Assembly (NCBI GenBank): GCA_964599625.1 | Contig: CAZRGC010000001.1 | Coordinates: 115,019-179,018, forward strand | DNA length: 64,000 nucleotides | Direction: 5' to 3' | Origin: an uncultured Gammaproteobacteria bacterium | GTDB lineage: Bacteria > Patescibacteriota > Microgenomatia > UBA8517 | In this document: piece by piece, positions 17,404 through 27,915 of the stretch | How the letters are laid out: the number at the start of each line of letters is the position of its first letter | How positions within the stretch are numbered: the stretch's first letter is position 1 | The notes under the pieces: model-generated | The model's input: the letters and a program-made list of their open reading frames with translations, nothing else | Databases searched by the model: none | What the model was told of the DNA's origin: nothing | Translations under genes and position numbers: made by a program

Positions 17404-18924
17404 ATGATTAATTTCATAAAGGATAATAAATATTTATTGTTTTTGTCGTTTACTTTCGCACTTTTTTTTCTAAGGTTTTTCAACCTCACTTCAATGCCAA
17501 TTTTTGCAGACGAAGCAATATACATTAGGTGGTCCCAGGTGATGAAAGCAGAGGAGACTTTAAGATTTTTGCCGCTTTCCGACGGAAAGGCCCCGCTTTT
17601 TATGTGGGTTACAATTCCCTTCCTCAAGTTTATTTCTGACCCGCTTGTTGCAGGGAGAACTGTTTCCGTAATTTGCGGGTTAGGAAGTATGATAGGTGTT
17701 GCTGTTCTTTCATATGTTCTTTTTAAGTCTAAAAAAACAGCGGCCTTTGCATCGTTTTTATATGCCACATCGGGGTTCACATTCTTTTTTGACAGGGCCG
17801 CTTTGGCAGATTCCATGCTTTCAATGTTTGGTTTATGGACATTTATCTTTTCATATCTTGCAATAAAACATGATCGGTTGGACTGTGCAATGCTTGCTGG
17901 TTTTTGCCTGGGTGGAGCCTGGTTAAGTAAGTCACCGGCGCTTTTTTTTGCAATTCTGCTACCCACGCTTTTAGTATTTACTAAACAGATCAAATATCTG
18001 CCCAAATCTTTTTTCTATACTTTTGTCACGTTTCTGATTGGATATGGAATGTACAACATCCTCCGGCTCGGTCCGAATTTCCACATGATTGCTTCCAGAA
18101 ATTCCGACTACGTTTACCCGCTTACGCACGTTCTCACAAGCCCGTTCGATCCCTTCAAAACATTTTTTAAGCAATATTTTGAGTGGATTTTTGCAATGGG
18201 ACCTTGGACTTTGTACCTGCTTATTCTTTTTGGTTTACTTTCTGTTTTCAAAAAACACAAGATTGTTTTTTTAATTCTTGGAACCTGGATACTTTTTCCG
18301 GTCTTGGTACAGTCGGAGTTTGCAAGGGTTTATACATCGAGGTATGTCCTCTTTACCATCCCATTTCTTATCGTCACCGCCTCCTCGGCTTTTTTGTCAG
18401 AGTCAGGTAAAGTTCAGAAAATATCATTAATCGTATCGGTTGTTGGGTTTTTGCTTTCACTCAATTTTATTTACAATCTAATATTCAATATTCAGGCTGC
18501 AAGGCTGCCGCCGGGAGAGAGATCGGGCTATTTGGAAGAATGGTCCGCGGGTCAGGGGATATACGAAATATCAAAATATATAAGGGAAGAGCAGTACCAA
18601 AACCCCGATGAGAAAATAGTTGTTGGAACCGAAGGATATTTTGGAACACTTCCGGATGGTCTTCAGGCTTACCTCAACGATTTGAGGCAAATAACCGTGA
18701 TTGGGATTGGTCTTAACATATCAGAAATTCCCCCACAGCTTGCAGCCTCTAAAAAGGCCGGAAACAAGACGTTTCTAGTGATCAACAATGAAAGGTTCAA
18801 GGGGGATGCTGATAAATTAAAACTAAAGCTAATCGAAAGTTATCCAAAAGCTGTCCGTGCAAATGGAACCAGTCAGTCACTTTTGTTTTTCGAAGTAACC
18901 GACGCTTCCTCTGCCCAAAAATAG
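17404..18924 (+). CDS. GT-C membrane glycosyltransferase (ArnT/PMT_2-like)
   Basis: LRFFNL...PIFADEAIY, DGKAPL, FDRAALAD, multiple TM helices. Confidence 0.82.
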   Translation: MINFIKDNKYLLFLSFTFALFFLRFFNLTSMPIFADEAIYIRWSQVMKAEETLRFLPLSDGKAPLFMWVTIPFLKFISDPLVAGRTVSVICGLGSMIGVAVLSYVLFKSKKTAAFASFLYATSGFTFFFDRAALADSMLSMFGLWTFIFSYLAIKHDRLDCAMLAGFCLGGAWLSKSPALFFAILLPTLLVFTKQIKYLPKSFFYTFVTFLIGYGMYNILRLGPNFHMIASRNSDYVYPLTHVLTSPFDPFKTFFKQYFEWIFAMGPWTLYLLILFGLLSVFKKHKIVFLILGTWILFPVLVQSEFARVYTSRYVLFTIPFLIVTASSAFLSESGKVQKISLIVSVVGFLLSLNFIYNLIFNIQAARLPPGERSGYLEEWSAGQGIYEISKYIREEQYQNPDEKIVVGTEGYFGTLPDGLQAYLNDLRQITVIGIGLNISEIPPQLAASKKAGNKTFLVINNERFKGDADKLKLKLIESYPKAVRANGTSQSLLFFEVTDASSAQK

Positions 18925-18982
18925 TTTTGGATAAAAATACCGTGATTTGGTATCATCAGAATTGTACAGCTACTTTTCTCGC

Positions 18983-20701
18983 ATGAAATTTTGGAACAAA
19001 ATTAAATCCTCTGTAAATTTTTTGCCGCTTTTGTTTGTGGTGGTGGCTGCCATATTGGCGGGTAGAACTTTAATTTTTCAAAGCGGTTACTTTAATATGC
19101 ACGATGATCTCCAGATGATGAGGCAGCTCGAAATGGAAAAGTGCATTTTGGACGGACAGATACCTTGTAGATGGGTTCCCGACATGGGTTACGGTTATGG
19201 TTTTCCGCTTTTTAACTTTTACCCACCCCTGCCGTATTTTGTTGGACAGGTGTTTAGGATATTAGGCGCCTCTTTTGTTGACACGGCAAAGCTGACGTTT
19301 GCAATATCGTTTGTTATTTCTGGGATAACAATGTATTTTCTTGCAAAGGAATTTTTTGGAAAATACGGTGGTGTTATTTCTTCTGTGTTTTATATTTGGG
19401 CGCCCTATCACTCAGTAGATGTGTACGTTAGGGGTGCCATGAACGAGGCTTGGGCTTTGTGTTGGTTTCCACTGATACTTTGGACGTCTTACAGATTGTT
19501 AAAAGAAGACAAAAAGCCTTTTGCTTGGATGCTGAGCCTTTCTTTTTCCTGGCTACTGTTGTTGTTATCTCACAACCTTATGGTTTTAATATTCACACCC
19601 GTCTTTGCGATTTGGTGTCTAATGTTTTGGTTGGAAAAAAGAAACGTCAAGAAAATATCCCAATTTATATTTTCAGGACTTTTGGCAGTGATCCTTGCAG
19701 CCTACTTCACTATTCCTGCCGTCTTTGAGCAAAAACTTGTTCATGTCGATACTTTGATCATGGGTTATTACGAATATATCGCTCATTTTGCCACAATAGG
19801 TCAGTTATTGTTTTCCAGATTCTGGGGTTACGGTCCGTCAGTTTGGGAGTCTGGAGATGGAATGCCGTTTCAGGTTGGACATTTCCATTGGATTTTGTCG
19901 CTTTTGCTTATTGCCGCGTTCCTGATATTTCCTAACAAATTCAAAAATAAAAAATCAAACTGGGTATTATTATTTGGTTTCTCATTTGGTTGGTTTGCGG
20001 CTTTCATGGCACACCAGAACTCTACTTTTATATGGCAAAAAATCCACGCTTTATCATTTGTTCAGTTCCCCTGGAGGTTTTTAACACTTTCCATCTTGGG
20101 TCTTTCGTTGATTGCTGGTGCCGTTATAAATATCTTCCCGGAAAAATATTGGAAAGTGGCTTTGGTTGCAATTACTTCAGTATTATTGTTTTTAAATTGG
20201 AATTACTTTCTGCCGGAGCATGGGCGTATGGGGCCTTTAACTGACCAACAAAAGTTCCAGGGTGCCGCTTGGGATTTGCAAAGGACAGCGGGAATATTCG
20301 ACTATCTTCCAAAAACAGCAAAAGAGAACCCCAAAGACCCTCCCAAATATCTGGCGGAATATTTTGAGTCAAACGGTTTAATAACAAACTCTGAGGCGGG
20401 AACTAATTGGGCAAAAATAAGAACAAGTTCTGACAGTGATGGTGTCGTAAGAATAAATCTGTTCCAATTTCCTGAATGGGAGGTCGCTCTGGACGGTAGC
20501 AAAATCGAGGTTTATCTGGATGAATCCGAGAAGTGGGGCAGAATGTATCTTAAGGTTCCCGCGGGAACACACACTGTTGATTTAAAACTCAAAAACACAG
20601 CGGTTAGGGAATACGCAAATATAATCTCATTTATCGGTTGGCTATTTGTGTTGCCAGCGGTTGTTTGGAAACGAAATGAAATTAACAGATATTTTGCATA
20701 A
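18983..20701 (+). CDS. GT-C membrane protein, PTPS-related/YfhO-like
   Basis: MHDD, IPCRWVPDMGYGYGFPLFNFYPPL, YVRGAMNE, QFPWRFL, C-terminal FPEWEVALDG...GTHTV; start likely ATG 18983. Confidence 0.8.
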   Translation: MKFWNKIKSSVNFLPLLFVVVAAILAGRTLIFQSGYFNMHDDLQMMRQLEMEKCILDGQIPCRWVPDMGYGYGFPLFNFYPPLPYFVGQVFRILGASFVDTAKLTFAISFVISGITMYFLAKEFFGKYGGVISSVFYIWAPYHSVDVYVRGAMNEAWALCWFPLILWTSYRLLKEDKKPFAWMLSLSFSWLLLLLSHNLMVLIFTPVFAIWCLMFWLEKRNVKKISQFIFSGLLAVILAAYFTIPAVFEQKLVHVDTLIMGYYEYIAHFATIGQLLFSRFWGYGPSVWESGDGMPFQVGHFHWILSLLLIAAFLIFPNKFKNKKSNWVLLFGFSFGWFAAFMAHQNSTFIWQKIHALSFVQFPWRFLTLSILGLSLIAGAVINIFPEKYWKVALVAITSVLLFLNWNYFLPEHGRMGPLTDQQKFQGAAWDLQRTAGIFDYLPKTAKENPKDPPKYLAEYFESNGLITNSEAGTNWAKIRTSSDSDGVVRINLFQFPEWEVALDGSKIEVYLDESEKWGRMYLKVPAGTHTVDLKLKNTAVREYANIISFIGWLFVLPAVVWKRNEINRYFA

Positions 20702-21980
20702 GTATTTTTCCAAAAACCGGATAACTATATTAGTACTTCTCTTGCTTGGTTTTTTAATAAGAGTCTATTTTGTCGATAAGGTTGTTGTTGGAGACTTGAT
20801 GAACTATGCCGAATGGGGTGAAAAGTTGGTGAGTCATGGCCCCAAAGATCTTTATTTTACAAAAGACTGGTATTATTCATCTCCCAACTACCCACCGGGG
20901 TCAATTTTGTATTTTGGTTTTGCAAACTGGTTGAACGGATATCGTTTTTTGATTGCCGAACTCCACAATCTTATTAAGTTTCCACCCTCAGTTTTTATTA
21001 TTTATTTCTACAAGTGGGGCTATATACTCCTTCTTAAAATTCTTCCCATAACCGCAGATCTGATTTTGTCTGTGGTTATTTTAAAGTTGTCGCTGCACCT
21101 TGGTGCTGGATTTAAAAAATCCCTCCTGGCGATGTGTCTTTATCTTTTTAATCCGCTAACAATATTTATATCTTCTGCTTGGGGCCAAACAGACAGCGTG
21201 GTTGCACTTTTCGGGATGCTCTCTTTCATATGTCTTTTTTACAAAAAAGAATATCTCTCGGCACCCTTGATGTTTTTGAGTCTTTACTTCAAACCTAGTT
21301 GGGCAATCTTGGGTATTTTTTATATCGCTGCCATCATTGCTGCCAAAGTTGATTTGAAACGATATTTTGTAGGACTTTTTGCGACTTTGGCTCTATTTGT
21401 TGTGTTTACAAAACCTTTTGCTGACGGGAATGTTTTTACTTACGGATACAAGCTTTTCCGAGAGAAATATCCGTTACCAATAGGCATTGATGGTAAGGCG
21501 TCGATATCCGCTTTCAACTTCCAGACAATTTTTTACAGAATTGATATAGATTACTCTCACGAAAAACTATTAGGTATAGAAACAAAAACTGTTGGAATGA
21601 TTTTGTATATTTTGACAAATATTTTTGCAGTTAAAGTCCTTAAATTTTCAAAAGATAAAATGCTTGGTGCCGTTAGTGGCATTTTTATAATAGGTTTTGG
21701 AAGTTTTATGTTTATGGCAACAATGCTTGAACGTTACTTTTTTCCTGGTTTTGCGGCTCTTTTTGTTTTACTTGCAACGAGGCCCAACTTCTTTTGGCGT
21801 GTCTTACTGATGAATCTAATACTTGCCCTAAATATTTTATATTCCTTCTACAGAAGGGGTTCGGATGAGATTGGAAGGCCATTTGTGAATAACAACTTTA
21901 TTGTAATTAGAATACTTTCACTTGTTCAAACATTTTTATTTCTGTCGTTGGCTGGTTCCCTCAAAACCAATAAGGGTTAG
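20676..21980 (+). CDS. GT-C membrane glycosyltransferase (GT87/PIG-M/ALG6-like)
   Basis: GDLMNY, NYPP, LKILPITADL, FNP, WGQTDS, FKP, MLERYFFP. Confidence 0.75.
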   Translation: MKLTDILHKYFSKNRITILVLLLLGFLIRVYFVDKVVVGDLMNYAEWGEKLVSHGPKDLYFTKDWYYSSPNYPPGSILYFGFANWLNGYRFLIAELHNLIKFPPSVFIIYFYKWGYILLLKILPITADLILSVVILKLSLHLGAGFKKSLLAMCLYLFNPLTIFISSAWGQTDSVVALFGMLSFICLFYKKEYLSAPLMFLSLYFKPSWAILGIFYIAAIIAAKVDLKRYFVGLFATLALFVVFTKPFADGNVFTYGYKLFREKYPLPIGIDGKASISAFNFQTIFYRIDIDYSHEKLLGIETKTVGMILYILTNIFAVKVLKFSKDKMLGAVSGIFIIGFGSFMFMATMLERYFFPGFAALFVLLATRPNFFWRVLLMNLILALNILYSFYRRGSDEIGRPFVNNNFIVIRILSLVQTFLFLSLAGSLKTNKG

Positions 21981-21991
21981 CCTTCCCGCTG

Positions 21992-22000
21992 TGTTACAAT
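21992..22000 (+). promoter_or_regulatory. extended -10 (TGtTACAAT) 6 nt before in-frame GTG 22007
   Basis: gTGTTACAATttgtgtGTG. Confidence 0.55.
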
Positions 22001-22006
22001 TTGTGT

Positions 22007-23494
22007 GTGAAAAGTGAATCTGAACATTTGGACCCAACCTCAGAAATTTCTTTGGAAACTGTGCGCGAAAGAACCATAAAAGGCATAGCAGCACTCACGG
22101 GCAGGTATTTTGTTTTATACATAATCACCTTGGTTGCTCAAGGATTTCTTGGCGCCTTTTTGACAGCCGCCCAATTTGGTGTCTTTGGAATAGTCTCTGC
22201 AATTGTTAACTTTATGGTCTATTTTTCAGATGTCGGTTTGGCGGCATCTCTAATACAAAAGAAACAAAAACTGGAAAAAGACGACCTTGCAACAACATTT
22301 ACTGTCCAACAGATACTCGTAGGAATTTTAGTATTGAGCCTTCTTCTTTTGTCAAAGTCCATCAAAAGAATATATGGCTTAGATGATGCCTCAATGATGC
22401 TTTTGTACTCGCTTTGTTTGTCATTTTTAATGTCTTCTCTCAAAACGATCCCTTCAGTACTTTTAGAAAGAGAACTTAGATTCGAGGTCTTGGCAATCAC
22501 TAATATTTTTGAGAACCTGGTTTACAATTTTGCTTTGGTGTATTTTGCATGGAAGGGCTTTGGTATTACAAGTTTCACTATCGCGGTTTTTCTGAGAGGA
22601 ATAACGGGTTTAGTTACACTATACTTTTTTAGACCTTGGAGACCTGTTTTCAAAATTTCAAAAAGTTCACTCAAAAATCTGTTGAAGTTTGGTGTACCTT
22701 ATCAAATAAATACATTCATAGCAGTACTAAAGGATGACGGCTTAACAATTGTTTTGGGTAAGATTCTGGGAGTTGAAGCGCTTGGTATTTTAGTTTGGGC
22801 GCAAAAGTGGATTCAAATTCCACTACGTGTAGTATTAGACAATGTTACAAGAGTCACTTTCCCGGCTTTTTCCAGGCTTCAAGACGATAAAAACGAATTG
22901 GAGCGTACGGTTACAAGATCGATTTTTTTTATAACTTTACTTACTTTTCCTGCCGTTTCAGGTATAGCAATCATTGCACCTGTGGTGTTTGAATCAATTC
23001 CAAAATACAGTCAGTGGATGCCTGCGGTGATCCCAATGACACTCTTATCTATTAATGTACTAATGGCTTCCGTTTCTACTCAGCTTACAAACTTACTAAA
23101 CTCAATAGGAAAAATAAAAATGACGTCGGTGTTCATGATAATGTGGACAGTTCTCACATGGGTTTTGGTTCCTTATTTGTCAGTTAGATATGGAGTAAAT
23201 GGAGCAGCTGTGGGATATGCCATTGTAGGGATGTCTTCTATTGTTGTTATTGCAATCACAAAAAGATATGTTAATTTCTCTCTTTCAGAAAGTGTTGCAA
23301 AACCGTTCTTTGCAACAATTGCAATGGCCTCTGTTCTGATTGTTTTACGAGGTCTTATCCCTCATAATTTTATAAATATCGGAGTAATGGTGGCTGTCGG
23401 AATGGTGTCATATTTAGTATCATTACTGGCTTTGGTTGGACAAAGTTTAATAGAAGATGTCAAAAAAGGAATCCGCTCGGTTGTCAGCAAGTAA
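22007..23494 (+). CDS. wzx: Wzx/MATE-type oligosaccharide flippase
   Basis: FSDVGLAASLIQKK, LERELRF, LLKFG, VTFPAFSRLQDD; ~14 TM helices. Confidence 0.88.
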   Translation: MKSESEHLDPTSEISLETVRERTIKGIAALTGRYFVLYIITLVAQGFLGAFLTAAQFGVFGIVSAIVNFMVYFSDVGLAASLIQKKQKLEKDDLATTFTVQQILVGILVLSLLLLSKSIKRIYGLDDASMMLLYSLCLSFLMSSLKTIPSVLLERELRFEVLAITNIFENLVYNFALVYFAWKGFGITSFTIAVFLRGITGLVTLYFFRPWRPVFKISKSSLKNLLKFGVPYQINTFIAVLKDDGLTIVLGKILGVEALGILVWAQKWIQIPLRVVLDNVTRVTFPAFSRLQDDKNELERTVTRSIFFITLLTFPAVSGIAIIAPVVFESIPKYSQWMPAVIPMTLLSINVLMASVSTQLTNLLNSIGKIKMTSVFMIMWTVLTWVLVPYLSVRYGVNGAAVGYAIVGMSSIVVIAITKRYVNFSLSESVAKPFFATIAMASVLIVLRGLIPHNFINIGVMVAVGMVSYLVSLLALVGQSLIEDVKKGIRSVVSK

Positions 23495-24341
23495 AAAATG
23501 TCCGGTGTGTGCAGGCCAAAAATATAACAAATATTGGGCTATGCCGGGGTACTCACTCGCAAGATGTGAAGTGTGTTCAATGGTTTGGGACCCGTTTCCA
23601 CCCGAGGACGAGAAAGGCCAGTACGACAAATCATATTTCCAAAACGATAACCCTAAAGGCGGTTACACAAACTACTTCGAGGGTATGCGAATAAACAAAA
23701 AGACTTTTTCTGATAGGTTGAATAAAATCGAAAAACGTTTCGGCAAAGGTAAGCTTTTGGACGTGGGTTGTGCACTTGGAGATTGCTTGTCTGAAGCCAG
23801 GAAACTGGGCTGGAAAGATGCCGAAGGGGTCGAAGTTTCATCTTTTGCAGTCTCAGTTGCAAAGAAAAAGGGTCTAAAAGTAACCCAGGGAACATTGGAA
23901 ACTGTGAAACCCTTAGCCAACACTTTTGATGTGGTTACATACCAAGATGTGATAGAACACATAAAAGATCCAATGCTGGAACTATCAAGAGTGTATAAAA
24001 TTCTTAAACGCAATGGTGTTATATTTTTAGTAACTCCAGATGTGGGCGGCCTTTGGCAGAAGCTTTTGGGTGCTTTGTGGTATCACTACAAACCCCGTGA
24101 ACATATTATGTATTTTTCGCAGAAAAGCTTGTCACTTGCCCTAAAGAAATCCGGATTTTCTAATATTATGACCAAGAGAACATATCACGTATTAAGTTTG
24201 GAATATATTTTAAGTAGACTAAAATATTATTCACCTCCAATTTTTGGACTTCTTCTTAACCTGGCAATCTTTTTAAAAATAAAAGATCTTTCCTTCAAGT
24301 CTTACACGGGTGAAATTGAAGCCTGGGGTCAAAAAATATGA
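23457..24341 (+). CDS. class I SAM methyltransferase with N-terminal Zn-ribbon
   Basis: CPVC...CEVC, LLDVGCALG, DVIEH, PREHIMYFS. Confidence 0.88.
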   Translation: MSKKESARLSASKKCPVCAGQKYNKYWAMPGYSLARCEVCSMVWDPFPPEDEKGQYDKSYFQNDNPKGGYTNYFEGMRINKKTFSDRLNKIEKRFGKGKLLDVGCALGDCLSEARKLGWKDAEGVEVSSFAVSVAKKKGLKVTQGTLETVKPLANTFDVVTYQDVIEHIKDPMLELSRVYKILKRNGVIFLVTPDVGGLWQKLLGALWYHYKPREHIMYFSQKSLSLALKKSGFSNIMTKRTYHVLSLEYILSRLKYYSPPIFGLLLNLAIFLKIKDLSFKSYTGEIEAWGQKI

Positions 24342-25993
24342 AAGATGCTATAAAGAAGTGGCTTCTGATTTTTGTCGGCAGCCTTACATGGATTCTAACC
24401 ATGTACAAAAACGGCCTTCTTCGTGACTACGGTTACGGTTTTTGGGGAGCTAACGGACACGACGGTTTGTGGCATGTCGCATTGGCATCTCAGCTTGCAA
24501 AGGGTAGCTTGGCGATGCCAACTTTTTCCGGATATCCAGTAAAAAATTATCACCTTGGCTTCGACATGTTGATGGTTGTAATAAATAAAATTACATCCAT
24601 TCAGTTTGTCGATATATATTTCAGGATTATTCCCTTTTTCTTGTCAATTGGTCTGGGGTTTTTGGTTTATAAATTTGTCAAAGAATGGACAAAAAGTAGC
24701 AGTGCCGCTTTTTGGTCTACTTTTTTAGTATATTTTGGTGGAAGTTTCGGGTTTGTCATTTCCAAAGGTGAATCAGCTTTTTGGTCTCAGCAGTCAATCT
24801 CGACTTTGATCAATCCACCTTTGGCTCTGTCGTTTTTGTTACTAGCTTGGGGGTTAATTTCTCTCAAAAAACTTTCGGAAAAAAACAGCCTCGTCAATTA
24901 TATTGTTCCGGTTTTGGTTTTTGGCACTTTGGTAGAAATCAAAGCATACGCCGGTGTCCTTGCGGTGTCAGGAATTTTTCTGTCAGGGTTTTATAGATTT
25001 ATCAAAACAAAAAATAAAGATTTTCTGATAGTTTTTGCTTTTTCGACAATATTGTCTTACGTGCTTTCCAAGATCTTGGGTGGAGATCCTGCAGGTGTTT
25101 TTTTGTGGCAACCTTTTTGGTTTTTGGAGACCATGATTGGTTTGTCGGACAGAGTCGGCTGGATGAATTTTTATTCAGCGTTGAGTACTTACAAATCAGG
25201 CAATATTTTTTATAAATTAATTCCTGCATACGGTTTGGCGTTGATTATATTTATGGTGGGGAATTTTGGGACCAGGCTGGTTGCTTTTTTTGACTGGGCT
25301 AATACGTTCAAGAAAGGCGGAAATCTCGACTGGGTACGTGTATTTACGTATTCGGTTGTCATTTTGGGGACACTGATTCCTATGTTTTTTGTTCAGACAG
25401 GTACACCCTGGAACACAATACAGTTTTTCTATTATTCACTTTTTTTTGCCTCAATCATTTCAGGTGTGTATTTATCAAGAATAAAAAGCAAGCTTTTTCT
25501 TACTATATTTGTGATTTTAACAATTCCCACAACTTTCCAAACACTAAAGTATGTATATTTGCCGCAAAGGCCGCCGGCGAAACTGAGTGTAGACGAAATT
25601 GATGCATTGGAATTTCTCAAATCGCAACCGGATGGGGTTGTGCTTACTTACCCGTTTGACGAAATAGCATCCAAAGAAGCTGAAAATAATCCGCCGAGGC
25701 CGCTTTATTTGTATACAACTACTGCTTATGTTTCTGCTTTTTCCCACAAACGGACATATCTAGATGATTACATAAATTTGGAAATTACAGGTTTCGATTG
25801 GATAGCAAGGAAAAATAATGTGGTCACTTTTTATACTGAAAAACATGAAGATGCAGCAAGGGAGTTTCTTAGGTCGAATAATATCAAATACATTTATTGG
25901 GTTAAACCTCAGCGCGCATTGTTGGGTGAGGGAAATTTGGGAATAACAAATATTTACGAAAACAAAACCGCTGTGATTTACAAAGTTAATTAA
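24338..25993 (+). CDS. GT-C-like membrane glycosyltransferase
   Basis: GHDGLWH, NYHLGFD, ~12 TM helices, C-terminal LEFLK...NIKYIY soluble domain. Confidence 0.68.
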   Translation: MKDAIKKWLLIFVGSLTWILTMYKNGLLRDYGYGFWGANGHDGLWHVALASQLAKGSLAMPTFSGYPVKNYHLGFDMLMVVINKITSIQFVDIYFRIIPFFLSIGLGFLVYKFVKEWTKSSSAAFWSTFLVYFGGSFGFVISKGESAFWSQQSISTLINPPLALSFLLLAWGLISLKKLSEKNSLVNYIVPVLVFGTLVEIKAYAGVLAVSGIFLSGFYRFIKTKNKDFLIVFAFSTILSYVLSKILGGDPAGVFLWQPFWFLETMIGLSDRVGWMNFYSALSTYKSGNIFYKLIPAYGLALIIFMVGNFGTRLVAFFDWANTFKKGGNLDWVRVFTYSVVILGTLIPMFFVQTGTPWNTIQFFYYSLFFASIISGVYLSRIKSKLFLTIFVILTIPTTFQTLKYVYLPQRPPAKLSVDEIDALEFLKSQPDGVVLTYPFDEIASKEAENNPPRPLYLYTTTAYVSAFSHKRTYLDDYINLEITGFDWIARKNNVVTFYTEKHEDAAREFLRSNNIKYIYWVKPQRALLGEGNLGITNIYENKTAVIYKVN

Positions 25994-26058
25994 TATTGGT
26001 GTTATCGTAATAAAAATTAGAATCGTCTGCGAGACTGCAAACTAGGGCGATAGGAGTA

Positions 26059-26064
26059 TATAAT
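26059..26064 (+). promoter_or_regulatory. consensus -10 (TATAAT) 6 nt before ATG 26071
   Basis: gtaTATAATttgctaATG. Confidence 0.55.
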
Positions 26065-26070
26065 TTGCTA

Positions 26071-26967
26071 ATGGCTCTCAATTTATCGGTTGTAATAAAT
26101 ACACGCAACTCTGCTTTGGATTTACCTGATGCAATTAAATCCGTCAAAAATATTGCAAAAGAGATTGTTGTTTGTGACATGGAGTCCACCGACGGAACTC
26201 CCGAGATGGCAAAGAAGCTTGGTGCCCAAGTTATAAGGCATAAAATGGTTGGATACGTTGAACCTGCCAGGAATTTTGCAATAGAGAAAGCGTCGTCTGA
26301 ATGGGTTTTAATATTGGACTCTGACGAAAGATTGACTAAACATCTGGAAACATTGATATCATCAAAAATTAAAGAAAATTCAGCAGATTTTTACAGAATT
26401 TCGCGTAAGAATATTATTTTTGGTAAATGGGTTAAACATTCCAGATGGTGGCCGGACTACAACATCAGACTGTTTAGGAAAGGGCATGTGATCTGGAACG
26501 AAGTTATTCACTCGGTACCTATGACAACCGGTAAAGGGGAAGACTTTCCGGCAGCCGACGGTAGTGCACTCATACACAATAATTACAGAAACATTGACGA
26601 GTACTTGGAAAGAATGATCAGATATTCAGGGGTGCAATCCCAAGCACTGATTTCAAGCGGCTACAAATTTGAATGGAAAGATTTAATTACAAAACCTTCA
26701 AATGAATTTTTTAGCAGATATTTTTTTGGCGAAGGTTACAAAGACGGTGTCCATGGTCTTTCGTTATGTTTATTGCAGGCATTTTCGGAATTTGTTGTAT
26801 ACCTAAAGGTTTGGCAAACAGAAAAGTTTCCAGATAAAGAGGTTGGTATTAAAGAGGTTAACTCAGTGATTTCTAAAAATATCAAAGACCTTGTATACTG
26901 GCAAAACGATTCATTGTACAAAGAAACTGGGAGCGTTATTTCATACCTCAAAAAGAAACTGCGTTAA
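26071..26967 (+). CDS. GT2 glycosyltransferase (WaaE/KdtX beta-glucosyltransferase-like)
   Basis: DMESTDGT, ARNFA, LDSDER, WPDYNIRLF, IH, GYKDG. Confidence 0.85.
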   Translation: MALNLSVVINTRNSALDLPDAIKSVKNIAKEIVVCDMESTDGTPEMAKKLGAQVIRHKMVGYVEPARNFAIEKASSEWVLILDSDERLTKHLETLISSKIKENSADFYRISRKNIIFGKWVKHSRWWPDYNIRLFRKGHVIWNEVIHSVPMTTGKGEDFPAADGSALIHNNYRNIDEYLERMIRYSGVQSQALISSGYKFEWKDLITKPSNEFFSRYFFGEGYKDGVHGLSLCLLQAFSEFVVYLKVWQTEKFPDKEVGIKEVNSVISKNIKDLVYWQNDSLYKETGSVISYLKKKLR

Positions 26968-26969
26968 AA

Positions 26970-27914
26970 ATGAAAAATAAAAAAATTAAGATTTCTATAA
27001 TTATTCTTACATGGAACGCTTACAAAATGACTTTGGATCAGCTTCAAGACGCCAAAAAGCTTGATACTGCAGGGCTTGACGTCGAAATGGTGATCGTTGA
27101 CAACGGTTCGGAAGACGGTACCCAAGAAAAACTTGCCAACTTCCATATGCCCAACATGTCGTATAAATTTATCGAGACCGGAAACAATCTCGGTTTTGCC
27201 GGCGGCAACAATTTCGGCATAAGATACGCTTTTGAAAACAGAGCCGATTATGTGATATTGATGAACAACGACCTGATTCTCTCCAGTGATTTAATCCAAA
27301 AAATGGTTTCTCTTGCTGAATCAGACAAAAAAATAGGACTTATTGCTCCAAAAATGTATTTTGCTAAAGGTTACGAATTTCATAAGGACAGATATTCTTC
27401 CAAAGATTTGGGCCGGGTTATATGGTACGCAGGTGGGATTATTGATCGCAACAATGTTTATTCGGAACATCGTGGTGTGGACGAAGTGGACATTGGGCAA
27501 TATAACAAAGTAGAAGAAACTGATTTTGCAAACGGTGCCTGCATGCTTGTTTCCAGAGATTTATACAATAATATAGGCACAATTGACGAGACGTTCTTTT
27601 TGTACTGGGAAGATGCAGATTTCTCTGAAAAGGCCCGGCGTGCAGGTTTTAAGGTGGTCTACACACCTGACACATGTCTCTGGCACATGGTCTCAGCCAG
27701 CACAGGAAGCAGTGGTAGCCCGTCTAACGATTACTTTCTGATCAGAAACAGACTCATTTTCGGACTAAGGTATTCCAGCCTCAGAACAAAGTTTGCTCTA
27801 CTCAGGGACAGTTTGCGTATTTTAGTATCAGGAAGAGAATGGCAAAAAAAGGGTGTCGTGGACTTTTACCTACACAAGTGGGGTCCGGGCAGGTGGTTAA
27901 AGCGCAAAAAGTGA
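26970..27914 (+). CDS. GT2 glycosyltransferase (rhamnosyltransferase-like)
   Basis: VDNGSEDGT, NLGFAGGNN, MNND, GACML, FFLYWEDADF. Confidence 0.87.
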   Translation: MKNKKIKISIIILTWNAYKMTLDQLQDAKKLDTAGLDVEMVIVDNGSEDGTQEKLANFHMPNMSYKFIETGNNLGFAGGNNFGIRYAFENRADYVILMNNDLILSSDLIQKMVSLAESDKKIGLIAPKMYFAKGYEFHKDRYSSKDLGRVIWYAGGIIDRNNVYSEHRGVDEVDIGQYNKVEETDFANGACMLVSRDLYNNIGTIDETFFLYWEDADFSEKARRAGFKVVYTPDTCLWHMVSASTGSSGSPSNDYFLIRNRLIFGLRYSSLRTKFALLRDSLRILVSGREWQKKGVVDFYLHKWGPGRWLKRKK

Positions 27915-27915
27915 A

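Noticed and set aside
17361-18005. Long antisense ORFs (also 2038-2514, 4485-4919, 53976-54437, 57378-57989)
   Set aside because: Shadows of well-supported genes on the opposite strand with no recognisable motifs
25994-26058. Longest co-directional intergenic gap with a weak stem (atcgtct...gggcgat) as a possible ncRNA or riboswitch
   Set aside because: Pairing is short and G-U-rich and no known RNA motif was recognised
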